Part shown: piece by piece, positions 38,230 through 52,839 of the stretch | Numbering within the stretch: the first letter of the stretch is position 1 | Layout of the letters: each line of letters begins with the position of its first letter | From: Octopus vulgaris | Taxonomy: Eukaryota | Reading direction: 5' to 3' | DNA length: 64,000 nt | NCBI GenBank assembly: GCA_951406725.2 | Contig: OX597818.1 | Span: 94,302,001 to 94,366,000, forward strand | Translations under genes and position numbers: made by a program | Notes under the pieces: generated by a model | What the model saw: only the letters and a program-made list of their open reading frames with translations | The model's database searches: none | What the model was told of the DNA's origin: nothing

Positions 38230-38545
38230 TGGTGAAATAGCAAATCAAATAGAGATATTTTTCTTTGTATTTCCTGCTACAATGTGGGTTCATCTGGTAC
38301 CACAGACAGAAATTTGTCTAAAAGTTCTTTGAAAACATTCATATCTACACTTTACATATCTCTGAGGTTTTTCAGCAGAGTCTTGAAAAGTTGCAGGTTC
38401 TTCAACTCTCAGTTGTTACAATACTGGGTCCTTACTCTAGATGGAAAAGATGGGATCTTTGGTACTACATGGTGATGTCTAGTTTGATGGTTGGTGTAGC
38501 TTTCAATCTCAAAGTTGGGAGCTAAATCTTTCAGGATTTTCTATA
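38230..38545 (-). mobile_element. CR1-group LINE ORF2 C-terminal fragment
   Basis: Minus strand KILKDLAPNFEIESY...LQLFKTLLKNLRD...VFKELLDKFLSVVPDEPT. Confidence 0.7.
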
Positions 38546-38552
38546 AATATTG

Positions 38553-39116
38553 AATCATCCCATAAATAATGCAGCATTTTTTATACTCCATTTATCTTTC
38601 AAAATTAAGATAAACTAAGTTCTTTTTTAATCTAAAATATACTCTTTTTCATTTTCTACAATGATCTTCCATCTATCTGATAGACTTGCAAGGCCTCTCT
38701 TCCAAAATTCACTTGTTTGTGACGAAAAATACTCCTCCAGTACTGTTCTGATCTTGTCTACACAATTCATGTTTTTTTATGTCCAAATAAAGACTGCAGA
38801 ATAAATGATAATTATATGAGACAATTTCCGGTGAATATGGTGTGTGGGGCTTTGTCTCCCATTCACACTGTTCCAGTCTTTGGAATGTCATCCTCACTGT
38901 ATGTAGCTAAGTATTTTCCTGATGGAAGAACACCTTTCACCTTGAAAACAAAGGCGGTTGCTTCTCTTCCAGCACTGACTTAAGCTGCTCAGGCTGCTCA
39001 TAGTAGATCTCTTTTGTTATCATTTGGTTTGGGTTTAAAAGTTCAAAGTGGCCTAAACTTTTCATATCTCACCAAACAGATAACAACACCTAATATGGGT
39101 GAAGACCGTCTTTAGC
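38553..39116 (-). mobile_element. mariner (DD34D-type) transposase 3' fragment
   Basis: Minus strand GLHPY*VLLSVW*D..FELLNPNQMI..FFHQEN..EWETKPHTPYSPEI..NYHLF; probable terminus TCATCCCATAAATAATG. Confidence 0.8.
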
Positions 39117-39180
39117 ATGGAAAATGGACATTAAACGATGATAATGATGATGATGATAAATATATATCTATATATATATA

Positions 39181-39348
39181 TTATTGTGTCTGGGGAGAGT
39201 TATTCTCTTTTAGGGTCTTATTAATTTGACACACTCACTGGTCTGATTTCCACTCATTAACTTATTAAAAATAGTAAAAATAAATAAGTAGTGAGTGTGT
39301 TAAATTAATAAAGCACTCAAAGAGAACGACTCTCCCCAGACACAATAA
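39181..39348. repeat. Inverted repeat, about 60-bp arms
   Basis: TTATTGTGTCTGGGGAGAGT...ACACACTCACT / AGTGAGTGTGT...ACTCTCCCCAGACACAATAA. Confidence 0.85.
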
Positions 39349-39829
39349 AATATGCTTCAACACACGAATTCACATAAAGAATCTTCCAAGCCAAATACAA
39401 AAACGAAATATATACTTATATATATATTGTTGTATTTGGGGATTGTCATATTGCCAATATAGCCAATGAAAACAGATGCACTATATATTTGGTATTCACT
39501 TGCTTCAGCTCTATTTCATATTAATTGTATTTTGTCCAGAGTTCTTTCGTCACACTTATGTGACTACAGCAGTGGTCCTTTGCTTTCTTCTTTCTTTTTT
39601 GTGTCTCTCCATCAGCAACGCTGCAAATAACATGAAATATGTAAGCAAACGAGGGAAAAATGAGTGAAATATGTAAACATGAGAAAAACGGAAAACAGGA
39701 CAAGTTAACACAGAGAAAGGCTCTCTGTCCCCCTCTTTCTCATTGTTCACACGTAACCATCGTCCATCTTTATTTTCCTCTTTGATCTGCTATTTTGTAT
39801 TCAAAACGTTCTGCCCTTATTGAATTCAA

Positions 39830-40775
39830 AAAGGTGCCCAAGGTTGTTTGAAAGATTGTGGATAATCTTGTGGATGTCTACCAAGTAGTTGCCAGCTTTA
39901 ATGTCTCCATGTCCAGGGAAGTAAAACATTTAGAATACAGTAGACACCTGCCAATGGGTATTCGTCTTGTTGCACATTTCTGAATAGTTTCCAGAAGATT
40001 GATATGCTGAGCAAAATAGGGGTTCCAGATTGGTGATGTAAACTCTGTGAAGATACCATAGCCATATGCAGCTTTAAATAGATAGCTGGTGAGTGGCTGA
40101 CAAAAGGTTTTACTTGAGTGATGCTAAGACACCCTCAACCTTCTTGACAATTTTAGAGATGTGGTTTGTTCAACACAAATCTCTGTTGACAAAAACGAAA
40201 ATAGTAGATGTCTAAACATTGGTGTTGTTGAAAGAGTGTGTAAAGGCTGAGTTTTTCCTCCCAAAATGTATGGTAGTGCAGCCAGCCTCAGTTTCCAGTT
40301 GCTAATCCATTGCTACTTTGTGTCCAGATACAATAGTAGAAAAGATCTATAGCATATAATATCTGTCCTTTTTACTTCATATACTTCATCAGGTATAGCC
40401 TGATGTCATCTGCATATTTCAACACAATAATATTCTTCAAGCTGGCATCTATATCATTAATATATTCAGTAAACAACAGGGGTTCCAGAATGTGTCCCTG
40501 TGGTACACCAGTTGTCATCTCATAGGGTGAAGAATGATATCCTAGAATCGTGACTACCTCTTCTTTACCAAAAAGGACTACAGGAAGGACCAAGAAGGAC
40601 CAATGAAGGACTACATCCAATTATAAAGATCATCTTTCATATCCATTGCAGAAAGTGTTGCCATGAGTTATTTGTGTGGCACAGAATTGAAGGCTTTAGC
40701 AAAGTCAAGACAGATAACATTCACCCATGAGTTGCCATCAATGATTTTGGGTAATGTCTTCAAGGAACTGAAGAC
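39830..40775 (-). mobile_element. CR1/L2-group LINE reverse transcriptase fragment
   Basis: Minus strand VICLDFAKAFNSVPH, TGVPQGHILEPLLFTEYIND, KYADDIRLY (YADD 40405-40416). Confidence 0.85.
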
Positions 40776-40802
40776 ATGAGTTGGCTACATATACATACGT
40801 AC

Positions 40803-40888
<86 letters not shown>

Positions 40889-40998
40889 ATATCCAGAGGT
40901 AATGCAGTACGAGCGTTTCATGCGACTCCATTTAATTGAACAATGCAAACATTAAATGGAGTCACATGAAACAATCATACTGCATTACCTCTGGATAT
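40889..40998. repeat. Hairpin, about 48-bp arms, 14-nt loop
   Basis: ATATCCAGAGGTAATGCAGTA...GACTCCATTTAAT / ATTAAATGGAGTC...TACTGCATTACCTCTGGATAT. Confidence 0.85.
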
Positions 40999-41991
40999 CC
41001 TTGTTACTTATTTTGATTATAATCACCTCATTTTGAATTATATGGATAATACCATACTAAATTCTGGTGCCTTTAACTTAAGTACCATATTCATCTGAAT
41101 CTAAATTTTACTGAATATATATATGAGTATATATATTTCTGCTGTTTCACTGAGAAATGATGAATTCCAGAACTCAATATATAAGTGTATTGTATTCTTT
41201 AATACATTATAACAGAAAGGCTCATAATTCCAATACTCTCAGTTACATATTTCCACTCATTCAGCTGATAACCTGAGCCTGTGTTGCCTTGAAATATCTA
41301 TTTTTTAAATATATTTTGAAGTATTATATGAAAGTTATGAAGAAAATATTTACCTTTATGTTCTAGTTAAAAACAATCTTGCAAAAACACATGCATAAAC
41401 AACTGTTTCAAGTGCACATTTTTCATTTCATTTCTGATTCTCAAAAGGAATACTCCAAACATTTTAAACATCATATAAGCAAGGTTACTATTATCACTTG
41501 CCTCATGAAATTGTTTAAGTAAAATTTTAAAATAATATTCTTAAAACAATGTATGTTTGTGTGCATGTGTGTGTTTTGCACATGTCTGCACACATACATG
41601 TATTCATACTCACATACAGACATGGGTATACCCTTGTCCTGGTTTTGTTTTTATCCTTACCATTATTGTTTTTACATATTTGTATTCTTATCCGTGCTTT
41701 CTTTATTGTTTTTATGTTTTTTTGTATTTTTATTCGTGTACATCGTCCGTTTTCCGTCCTTGTGTTGTATACATTCGAGGCTTTCTTCCAAGGGATCTAA
41801 TGCGCTTGGCTTAGATTTCCCTTGGGGGCTTCCCAGATCGAAGCAATCTCAAGATTAATCAGCCGAAATTGCGAAGATGATCCGGTTCTTGACGGATGAT
41901 TAAGGGCTTCGAATGTCCCGTCCTGTGTTTCTTGTGTCGTCTTCTAGGTGTTTCATGTTCTTGTCCCAGTTTGTATATATTTTTTTACTTT

Positions 41992-42029
<38 letters not shown>

Positions 42030-42059
42030 CATACATACACATGCATATATATATAGACA

Positions 42060-42872
42060 AACACACACACATATATAAATAATAAATAATATATATATAT
42101 ATTTATATATATATATATATATATATATGGGTACAGGATGTCAGCAATGGTGCAAATAACATGAAACAAGTAAACAAACGAGGGAAAAATGAGTGAAATA
42201 TGTAAACACGAGAAAAAATGGAAAACAGGACAAGTTAACACAGAGAAAGGCTCTCTCTCCACTCTTTCTCTTTTCTCTCTCTTTCTCATTGCTCACACAT
42301 GACCATCGTCCATCTTTCTTTTTCTCACATGACCATCTTTCTTTTCCTGCACTAACTTTTAAATGAGTGGACATATTTTTTTCTCACTCTCTTCTATCTT
42401 TTCTCTTTTCTAAAAAAATGTTTCTCCCATCATTCACTATTTTCCTCTCGGTTCGGTTTAACAACCCTCCATGTTTGCTGTCATTTGGTTTCCTTATATG
42501 TCTCCACTGTCATTTTTTGTTCCCAACTTTGACCCTCCATAAATCCTAAATTTTACTTAAGAATTTTGCGGAGCAACTGTCTTTGAAGACACATATTTTC
42601 ATTGAATGTTCGAAATGAGGAATATATAGAGAGCCGATAACTGATGAAGGGTCCTTTCTCTGTGTTAACTTATCCTGTTTTCCATTTTTTCTTGTGTTTA
42701 TGTACTTCAATTGTTTTTCCCTCATTTGTTTACGTATTTCATGTTATTTGTACCATTGGTGTTGTCCTGTACCCATAAATACATGCATACACACACACAC
42801 ACACACACACATATTGTATATTATTTATTATTTGATATTTAATTAAACACAACGCATCCATTTCCAAGTAAG
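42060..42872 (+). mobile_element. Non-autonomous Penelope-like element with inverted terminal repeat
   Basis: 42127-42250 is the reverse complement of 42653-42777; body shares TTTGACCCT..AAATCC.AAATTTTA and CTGATGAAGGGTC with the 14.3-15.4 kb element; ends TTCCAAGTAAGT. Confidence 0.6.
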
Positions 42873-43089
42873 TATATATATATATATATATATATATATT
42901 TACACATACATATACATACATATATATATATATACACACACACATACACACACACACATACATACACATATAATAGTACCTAGTATGCTCTGTAAAGTGA
43001 CTGGCTTTATAAAGGACATCAAGCTGTGGAAACCATGCTAAAGAAAGGATTAGAGCTCACTTGCTCATTTTCCCTGCTAGTATAGGTTT

Positions 43090-43135
<46 letters not shown>

Positions 43136-43875
43136 TCTTATAATGGAGGAAACTACTCATTAATTAATTGGAATCATATAACTTTTGCTAAAAGAAGTAA
43201 TTATTAAACTCTCCATAGTTTACAAAATTTTTAAGAATTGAAATTTTAATATATTTTTATCAAAATGTGGTCTTTAAGATTTTCTTTGACAAAATGATTA
43301 ATTTTAATTAACTGTGGGCTTTTTTTTTTGTAAACTTAACTGCATGATAGTATTTTTAAATATCTTATTGTCCTCCTCCCTCCCCCCTCTATTTCTCGTT
43401 CTCTCACTCCCTCCCTTCTCTCTCTTTCCATCTCTTCTTTGTTTATATATCTTCAATAGTTAATTCCTCTGCTGAAACCTCCACTGTTTGTGTTATTGTA
43501 GATCATATGAACAGGTATAAAAAATATCATTTCTCATCTCTGTACAGCTGTAGCTGCATGTTTATATAAGGTTAATACTAAAATGTACAAGCATATATGT
43601 TGACAGAAAAGAAATAAGTTAAAAGCAACAGTACATATCTCAATATGAGTTTTTTAACAGCACATCCCCAAACAATATTTATCATACCTTTACAAAAAAC
43701 AAACATCAGAGATTCTGATTCTGCATTTTTAAAAAAAACAAAACATTTTTTTAAATAACAAACTAGCAATTGAAATATGTATAATACCAAACAGAATATA
43801 TTAGTACATATACACATTAAATGCAAATGAAATATACTCATATACAAAACAAAATATATTTAAACACACTTATAT

Positions 43876-44018
43876 AGAGTGGCTGTGTGATAAGTAGCTT
43901 GCTTACCAACCACATGGTTCCGGGTTCAATCCCACCATGTGGCACCTTGGGCAAGTGTCTTCTGCTATAGCCTCGGGCCAACCAAAGCTTTGTGAGTGGA
44001 TTTGGTAGACAGAAACTG
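43876..44018 (+). mobile_element. SINE family A, 5' half
   Basis: GAGTGGCTGTGTGATAAGTAGCTTGC...GTAGACAGAAACTG. Confidence 0.85.
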
Positions 44019-45383
<1,365 letters not shown>

Positions 45384-45669
45384 AAGGGATGCAGAGGAAG
45401 TGCAACGTAATCATAAGCAGGTTAACACAGAATGAAAATTTCATACTTGGTGAGTGCAATCAGCACTAAGAAGATCATGAGCACTAAAAGATCATGAGAA
45501 ATTGATTTTCTCAAATGCTCGGCAGGTTTTCCAGTGTAGTTATAACTTTTGTTACAGAGATCATGATGCAATGTCTTCTTTTCCTGCTGTGACAGATTAA
45601 AAACTGTCTTTACCATCAAAATGTCTCTTAGTAAAGTTAACAAAGAGCCTGAAGAGAAATTAGCAAAAA

Positions 45670-45790
45670 TATTGGTTTCAAATTTTGGCACAAGGCCAGC
45701 AATTTTGGGGAGGGAGTAAATCAATTACATCAACCCCAGTGATCAACTGGTACTTATTTTATTGACCCCCTCCCCACAAGAGGATGAAAG
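45670..45790 (-). mobile_element. SINE family B 3' fragment
   Basis: ATTACATCAACCCCAGTGATCAACTGGTACTTA...GGATGAAAGG. Confidence 0.75.
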
Positions 45791-45896
45791 GTGGCACGCA
45801 TCCTCAGAGAGTTAATGAAAGAAGGATGGCTGGCAGAGTCATACAGGTAGGTCAGAGGGGAAAACAATGAGAAGGGATGTTGAGGAGCTAGAGAAG

Positions 45897-45956
<60 letters not shown>

Positions 45957-46039
45957 ATATGTGTGTGTGTGAGAGAGAGAGACATTATAATGTAATTCAT
46001 GTCACTTTAAAGTGGCAAGCTGGCAAAATCATTTGCACC

Positions 46040-46213
46040 CCAGGCAAAATGCTTAATGGCATTTTGCCTGTCCTTATGTTCTGAGTTCTACTGAGATCGG
46101 TTTTGCCTTTCATCCTTTCGGGGTTGACAACATAAGTACCAGTCAATCATTGGGGTTGATGTAATTGACTTACCCCTCCCCCAAAATTGCTGGTCTTGTG
46201 CCAAAATTTGAAA
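46040..46213 (+). mobile_element. SINE family B
   Basis: GTTCTGAGTTC...GCCTTTCATCCTTTCGGGGTTGA...AGTACCAGT...GCCAAAATTTGAAA. Confidence 0.8.
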
Positions 46214-46350
46214 TTAATATATGGTTTGTCATTCACACCAGCATCAAAATATATGAAATATGCTAAGATTTTAAAAATAAATCTTGCAATGACCAAGTCA
46301 TGTACTACTTCATGCTATAACACATAATATATAGCATATACACTGATATA

Positions 46351-46750
46351 GGTGTAGGAGTGACTGTGTGGTATGTAGCTTGCTTACCAACCACATGGTT
46401 CCTTGGGCAAGTGTCTTCTACTATAGCCTCGGGCTGACTAAAGCCTTGTGAGTGGATTTGGCAGCTGGAAACTGAAAGAAGCCCATCATATATACATACA
46501 TATATATATATATATGTATGTGTGTGTATATGTTTGTGTGTCTGTGTTTGTCCCCCCAACATCGCTTGACAACTGATGCTGGTGTGTTTCCATCCCCATA
46601 ACTTAACAGTTCGGCAAAAGAGACCGATAGAATAAGTACTAGGCTTACAAAGAATAAGTCCTAGGGTCGATTTGCTCGACTAAAAAGCAGTGCTCCAGCA
46701 TGGCCGCAGTCAAATGACTGAAACAAGTAAAAGAGTGAAAGAGAGTAAAG
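46351..46750 (+). mobile_element. SINE family A
   Basis: Homologous to 18867-19297 with a small head deletion. Confidence 0.9.
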
Positions 46751-47485
46751 AGATATAACATGTTATGATATATAAGCAGGAAGGTCAGAAAGTTAAAAGA
46801 AAAAAGAAAGGAGGGCATCAAATGAAACACACTGGAAAATAAAAGCAATGGTTGTAACATTTTAAATACCCCTTGCAAAGCAAATGTACTGTTAATGTCC
46901 ATCTGGTTTCAGTATAATGTCAATGACAAGTGGATTTTCATAAGACAGTGATGCCTTAAGATAATAGACACAGCAGAGAAAAATAACAGCTCAGTTAATT
47001 AAAGGATGGTTCATGTGTGTCGGATGATTGTAAAACATTGATGGTAAACATAATACTTACTTATAGACTAGTTGGTGCAGGATGGTGGGAGAATAAGGGA
47101 AGAGAGTGGAGGTGGAGATGTGCAGAGTGTGTGTGGAGTGGAATTTGGATGGGTGTGAGTGAGAGTAGAAGAGAGCAGCTTGTCAAGTGTAGGTGGTGGT
47201 GTAGTGTAATAACGAGAAAACAAGAGTCTTAATTAGATGGTAAATAGTCAGAAGTTAAATGAATCAAAGGCTTGTGGTGTGCATGTTAATAGCCACACAC
47301 ACACACACGCACACACACACACACACACATGTTCATAAATATAAACTACACACATGCAAACCTACATCTCTTATTTGTCTGTGCATGTGTTGATGATGTG
47401 CTTGTTTATGCATGAATGATTGAATGTATATATATTTATTTATGTATGTGCGTGCATATGTGTGTATGTATACATGTATGTATAC

Positions 47486-47531
<46 letters not shown>

Positions 47532-47558
47532 ATCATGATATGTATGTATATATGTGTG

Positions 47559-47602
<44 letters not shown>

Positions 47603-47603
47603 G

Positions 47604-48036
47604 ATAGATAAGGCTGGTCTATGGGAGTACGCCGAGTTTCACATTCATAAAGTGCTTAGCTTTACAGCTTATCATCAGACCCCGAAACCTGTTAGTACAT
47701 GGCCTCTCTAGGAAGTGGCCTCCCTAGAAAATGGAGGAGGAAAAGACTTTGTTACACTATGCCAACAAGAGGAGATTGTCTCCCTTCTGCTGTAATTTGT
47801 AATCGACTCTTATTGTGTGGGTCCCAGGATGCCAGCAGGAATTTTCTGAAGTGCAAACATAAAGTGACAAAGTGCAAACATAGAGCAACGAAGTCTTTTC
47901 CTCTTCCTTTTTCTTGAGAGGCCACTTGCTAGAGAGGCCATGTGCCAACAGATTTTGGGGTCTGATGATATGCTGTAAAGCTGAGAACTTTATGGATGTG
48001 AAACCCAAAGTAATTCCATAGATTTGCCTTATCTAT
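47604..48036. mobile_element. MITE/foldback element with about 155-bp inverted arms
   Basis: ATAGATAAGGC...CAGACCCC...ATGGCCTCTCTAG.AAGTGGCCTC...GAGGAAAAGACTT (47604-47760) mirrored at 47880-48036; possible TA TSD. Confidence 0.8.
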
Positions 48037-48087
48037 ACTACTCTATAACTTAGAGCATGCTTCTTTTTCAGATTTATGATTTACCAA

Positions 48088-48131
<44 letters not shown>

Positions 48132-48419
48132 TTACATATATATATATTTACATATATATATGCATGCACATGCACACACACACACACATACATGCACAAA
48201 CATTGATGTGAGAAAAGATCTTTCAGACATTGGGCTTCACAGAGGAATGATTGAGGATGATTGAGACTCATGGCCCTTTTTTGTGCTTGAGAAAACATGT
48301 ACATCTAAGTAAAAGCATGGTTGTCCTTACATATAGGTATGTCCCCTGCATCCCTCTCTAAGTGTTCCTCATCTTGTGGGCTTGTGCTGTCCTATCTAAA
48401 TCTCAAAGTGGCTTTTGAA

Positions 48420-49653
48420 CTGGTAGAAGAACAATGGATATGATTTTCACAGCAAGACAGATGCAGGAGAAGTGCTCTGAGCAGAAATGGATCTTGTCCA
48501 GGTATTCATTGATTTAACCAAAGCCTTTGATACTGTGAATAGGGCCTTGCTATGGAAAATACTTGGCAAACTTGGATGTCCAGATCACTTTGTATCTATA
48601 ATTAAATCATTTCATGATGGGATGGAGGCTTGGGTCAGTGTTGGTGGAGGCATGGCAGGACCCATTCCTCTAGAGAATGGTGTCACGCAGTGTGACATCC
48701 TTGCCCCAACTCTCTTTTCTTTGTACTTGGCTGCTGCTTTTACTCATGCTTTTGCTAAGGTTAGCTCTCTGGGAATATATGTCAGGTATCAATCTTCTGG
48801 CTGCCTCTTTAATCTACACTGATTTGCTGCCAATTCAAAGTTTTCCAGTCTCTTATTCCCGACCTCCCTTATGCAGATGACTGTGACTTAGTTGGTCATA
48901 CAGTGGATGACATGCAAATACTTATGAATCATATTTCTGCTTCTTGCAAAGCATTTGGACTCTGGTCCCAGGTGTCACAAGGCAAACACAAATTGCTGTG
49001 TACCATGCATGTGTACTGGCATCACTCTTTTACTCATGTGAGACATGGACCCTTTACAAACGTCATGTAAAGGTACTTGAACGCTTCCATCAGAGATGTC
49101 TGAGGTACATTCTGAATGTTGGCTGGACCTTAAAAGTCCTGACACACATGTCTTGAGGAAAGCTGATATTTTGAGTATTGAGGTGATGGTGCACAAGCAC
49201 CAGTTACATTGGGCTGAACACCTTATTAGAACGAAGGATAGCAGGATCCCTAAACAGATGCTATATGGGGAACTTTTTAGCAGAAAGAGGCCCCAGCAGA
49301 AACCAAGGCTGCAATTTAAGGACTGTGTCAAATCCTCATTAAAGGCCTGTAATATGCAGGAGGCCAATCGTTGCCACAGATGAAGCAAGCAGGTTAAGGA
49401 GGGGGGTTGGTACCTTTGAAAAAGCACATATTCTTCATGAAGAATTTAAGCATGCTGCTTCAAAGTGCACTGCTGGTGTAGTGAATAGGGAAAGCTTGGT
49501 TTGCAATGTTTGCAGTCATGTATGCATGTCAAGAGCAGGGCTTATTAGCCACCAGCAGAGTAACAAATGCAAAATATAAGTTAGTCTTAAAGCATACAAT
49601 GTTCCTAAAGGTCAGCAATGGTCTTCCTTAGTCATGAGTGGATGGCCATCATC
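48420..49653 (+). mobile_element. RTE family 2 (BovB-like) LINE, 5'-truncated and internally deleted
   Basis: DMIFTARQMQEKC, FIDLTKAFDTVNR..LGCP, NGVTQCDILAPTLF, YADDC, YSCETWTLY..ERFHQRCLR, RIPKQMLYGEL, C-terminal C2H2-like CNVCSHVCMSRAGLISH; (CAT)n tail. Confidence 0.92.
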
Positions 49654-49657
49654 ATAT

Positions 49658-49732
<75 letters not shown>

Positions 49733-49749
49733 TATAGATATATAGATAT

Positions 49750-49908
49750 GATGGGCTTCTTTCAGTTTCTGTCTATCAAATCCACTCACAAGGCTTTGGT
49801 TAGTCTGGGGTTATAGTAGAAGACACCTGCCCTGGGTACCCCACACAGTGGGACTGAACCATGAACCACGTGGTTGGGAAGCAAACTTCTTACCTCACAG
49901 CCACGACT
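49750..49908 (-). mobile_element. SINE family A, 5' half
   Basis: GGGCTTCTTTCAGTTTC...AATCCACTCACAAGGC...CACAGCCAC. Confidence 0.8.
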
Positions 49909-50375
49909 GTACCTTCTTGTATGTACAACATGGAAAAGGATACAAACTGGGTTGTAAATTTGGAGGCTTCCTCTGAGGGAGTACTTCTTACAGAGCATCA
50001 TTCCTGAGAAGTGGATGGAAGGTGGGATTCTACTAAGTTGGTACTAATCCTTGATGACAAGATACCATAAGGACCAGTTACATTTGTTGTCCATTATCTA
50101 TAATTTTTGCTGTAATCGTTTGAGCCTGTGACAGTGAAGACCTCGGGCATTCTCAGACCTTGGATCATATCCCTGCTCACTACTATCAGGGCAGAAATGT
50201 CTATCCACAAGTGTGAACCCCATGAGTCAGAGTGGCTGTCCCAGCACATATCTCTCACCATCCTCTAGGGTAACACCTTTTCCATTTTGTCTCTGTTACA
50301 TCAAAAATTGTAATTAATTAATCTCAAAAACCTAAACAATACTGGTACTCTTGCAACTAATATATATATATACAT

Positions 50376-51112
50376 AGATAAAGATCATTGATTAGAGAAC
50401 AAACATCAAATTTTGGCCAATGACTTCTATACATTTTATCAAATACAAATAATACCATGGCCTTCAGCATACAAAAAAAATACATATGTATACACCAAAG
50501 GTAAAAAAAAATATATATGCACATATAAAAATACAAAAATATATAGAAGGACCTGTCTGGTAAAATATATATAAAAATCAACTGAGGTAGGTGACAAAAA
50601 AGAATTATTAAAACATATCAATCGACTAAAAACTTTTACCCATCGATTAAAAGTATATCAAAATAGTCAGTTCTTAAAAATGAAGCAATCAATGGTAGGT
50701 CGGTATCCAAGGAGCATAAGAGAGTTCAAAAGAGGATTGTGGATTTTAACTTAGCCCTCTTTGGAACTCTCTTACGCTCCTTGGATACCAAACCTACCAT
50801 GGATTGCTTTATTTTTAAGAACTGACTATTTTTGACATATTTTTAATCAATGGGAAAAAATTTTTTAGTTGATTGATATGTTTTAATAATTCTTTCTTAT
50901 CACCTACTTTAGTCGACAGGTACTTCTATATATTTTTGTATTTTTATATGTGCATAAATATATTTTTTACCTTCGGTGTTTATATATGTATTTCTTCTAT
51001 AAGCTGAAGGCCATGGTATTATTTGTATATGATGACATGTATAGAAGCATGGGGTTATATAAAGCCATTGGCCCAAATTTGATCTTTGTTCTCTAATCAA
51101 TGATCTTTGTCT
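50376..51112. repeat. Long palindrome, about 360-bp arms, 20-nt loop
   Basis: 50376-50735 is the reverse complement of 50756-51112 (e.g. GGTATCCAAGGAGC.TAAGAGAGTTC.AAAGAGG / CCTCTTT.GAACTCTCTTA.GCTCCTTGGATACC). Confidence 0.92.
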
Positions 51113-51559
51113 CTGTCTCAATTTCACTTGAGCACTTCTGTTTTTGCAGTCCTATATATCTTTCTTTGTGTTCCATAAAAAGAAAAAACAATTATTTCTT
51201 GTCACACTATATATATATGTTTATATCATCATCATCGTTCAGAGTCAATTTTCTGTGCTGGCATAAGCTTGACAGTTTGACTAGAACTGGTAAGCCAGAG
51301 AGCTGTACCAGGCTCCAGTCTGATTTTCACTTGGTTTCTATGGTTGGATGCCCTTCCTAACACCAAGCGCTCCAAGAGCGTGTCACCAGTATGGTTGCCT
51401 TTTACATAAAACTATGTGTATGTGTGTATGTGTGTGTATGTATGTATCTATATTCACAAGTCACTATCAAAATCACCTCAATCTTCATTATATCACTGAG
51501 AATGGTTCATCAAAATCACACATACTTTTATCATTGATAGTTAAGGTGACTGTCATCTA

Positions 51560-52379
51560 AATCGTCTCCATTCAATTTCTGTTCTAAAAAAAATATACAT
51601 CAAATATCTTTAACAACTAAATCATCCAATCCTTCACCTCTTATTGAATTGACAATATTAATTATGCTTGATTTTAGATTTCTTTTTTTTTTTTGTTTTT
51701 GTTTTGTATCCTTACTATTCAGAATGAATCCCAATAAAAGTGATTTTTTGACATATACTTAAGGTGACTTTCTTAATTTCAGGAATTGCCATGGCAATTA
51801 TCTCTACACAATGGAAATTATTATAATTTTTTCCATACTTTTAAAACAGTTAAGCACTTTTCTTCCGTATCATTCAGTATTTTTTATATGGATATTTGAC
51901 ATAATTTCTCTTAAAATTACAAATTATGCTTTGATTTAACGGTTGGATAAATGATGTAATATCAGGTGTTAAGAATAGGACTTTAATGTTCGAGTGTTCT
52001 AAATCACATGGATGTGCTGGAATGTTATCAATTAGTAATAAAATTTTTAAGTCAATATCATTTTCTTTTGCATAAATTTCAGCTCCAAGAACAAAGTTTA
52101 ATAAAACCAAATATTTTATTTGCATGCCAATGAAACGAGAGGGTATTTTTTATTCAATCATAGATTAACAACCCTATTAATAAATAATGTTGTTATGAAA
52201 CAGTCACCTAATATATTACAGCATAAAAATGATGATGATAATGATGACGATTTTGAATTTTTGATGTTTTTAAACCATTTTTCTGTTTTTGATATAAAAG
52301 TTCACTTTGCATTACTACATTTAATATGTAAAGTGGGAAAAAATGGCAAATTCCAAAAACTATGCTAAAGGGAGTACTG
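51560..52379 (-). mobile_element. pogo/Tigger-family DNA transposon remnant
   Basis: Minus strand KILLLIDNIPAHP..IKVLFLTPDITSFIQPLNQSIICNFK.NY (DDE_1 motif); Tigger-like end CAGTACTCCCT at 52379. Confidence 0.8.
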
Positions 52380-52623
52380 TGAGACTAAATGACATCTGTT
52401 TATGCAGTGTGTGTGCATGGGTATGTGTGTGTGTGTATTCATCAATAAATATATAATCTCTCTCTCTCTTTCTGTATGTGTATATATATATATATATATA
52501 TATAATTTGCAATGGCTCCATAATTACCGTCTCGGCTATAACCTTGGAGCTCTAGTGATCTGTTACAGCACTTACCTAGCACCTAATTATTTAGATCACC
52601 TGTGAACTAAACCCCCCATACTT

Positions 52624-52662
<39 letters not shown>

Positions 52663-52724
52663 TCTGTATATATACACACACACATCATATATTGTATATG
52701 TGTATGTATATATATAGAGAGAGA

Positions 52725-52737
52725 TAGATAGATAGAG

Positions 52738-52772
<35 letters not shown>

Positions 52773-52777
52773 TAGAC

Positions 52778-52836
<59 letters not shown>
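52725..52836. repeat. (GATA)n/(GACA)n tetranucleotide microsatellite
   Basis: Direct inspection. Confidence 0.95.
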
Positions 52837-52839
<3 letters not shown>

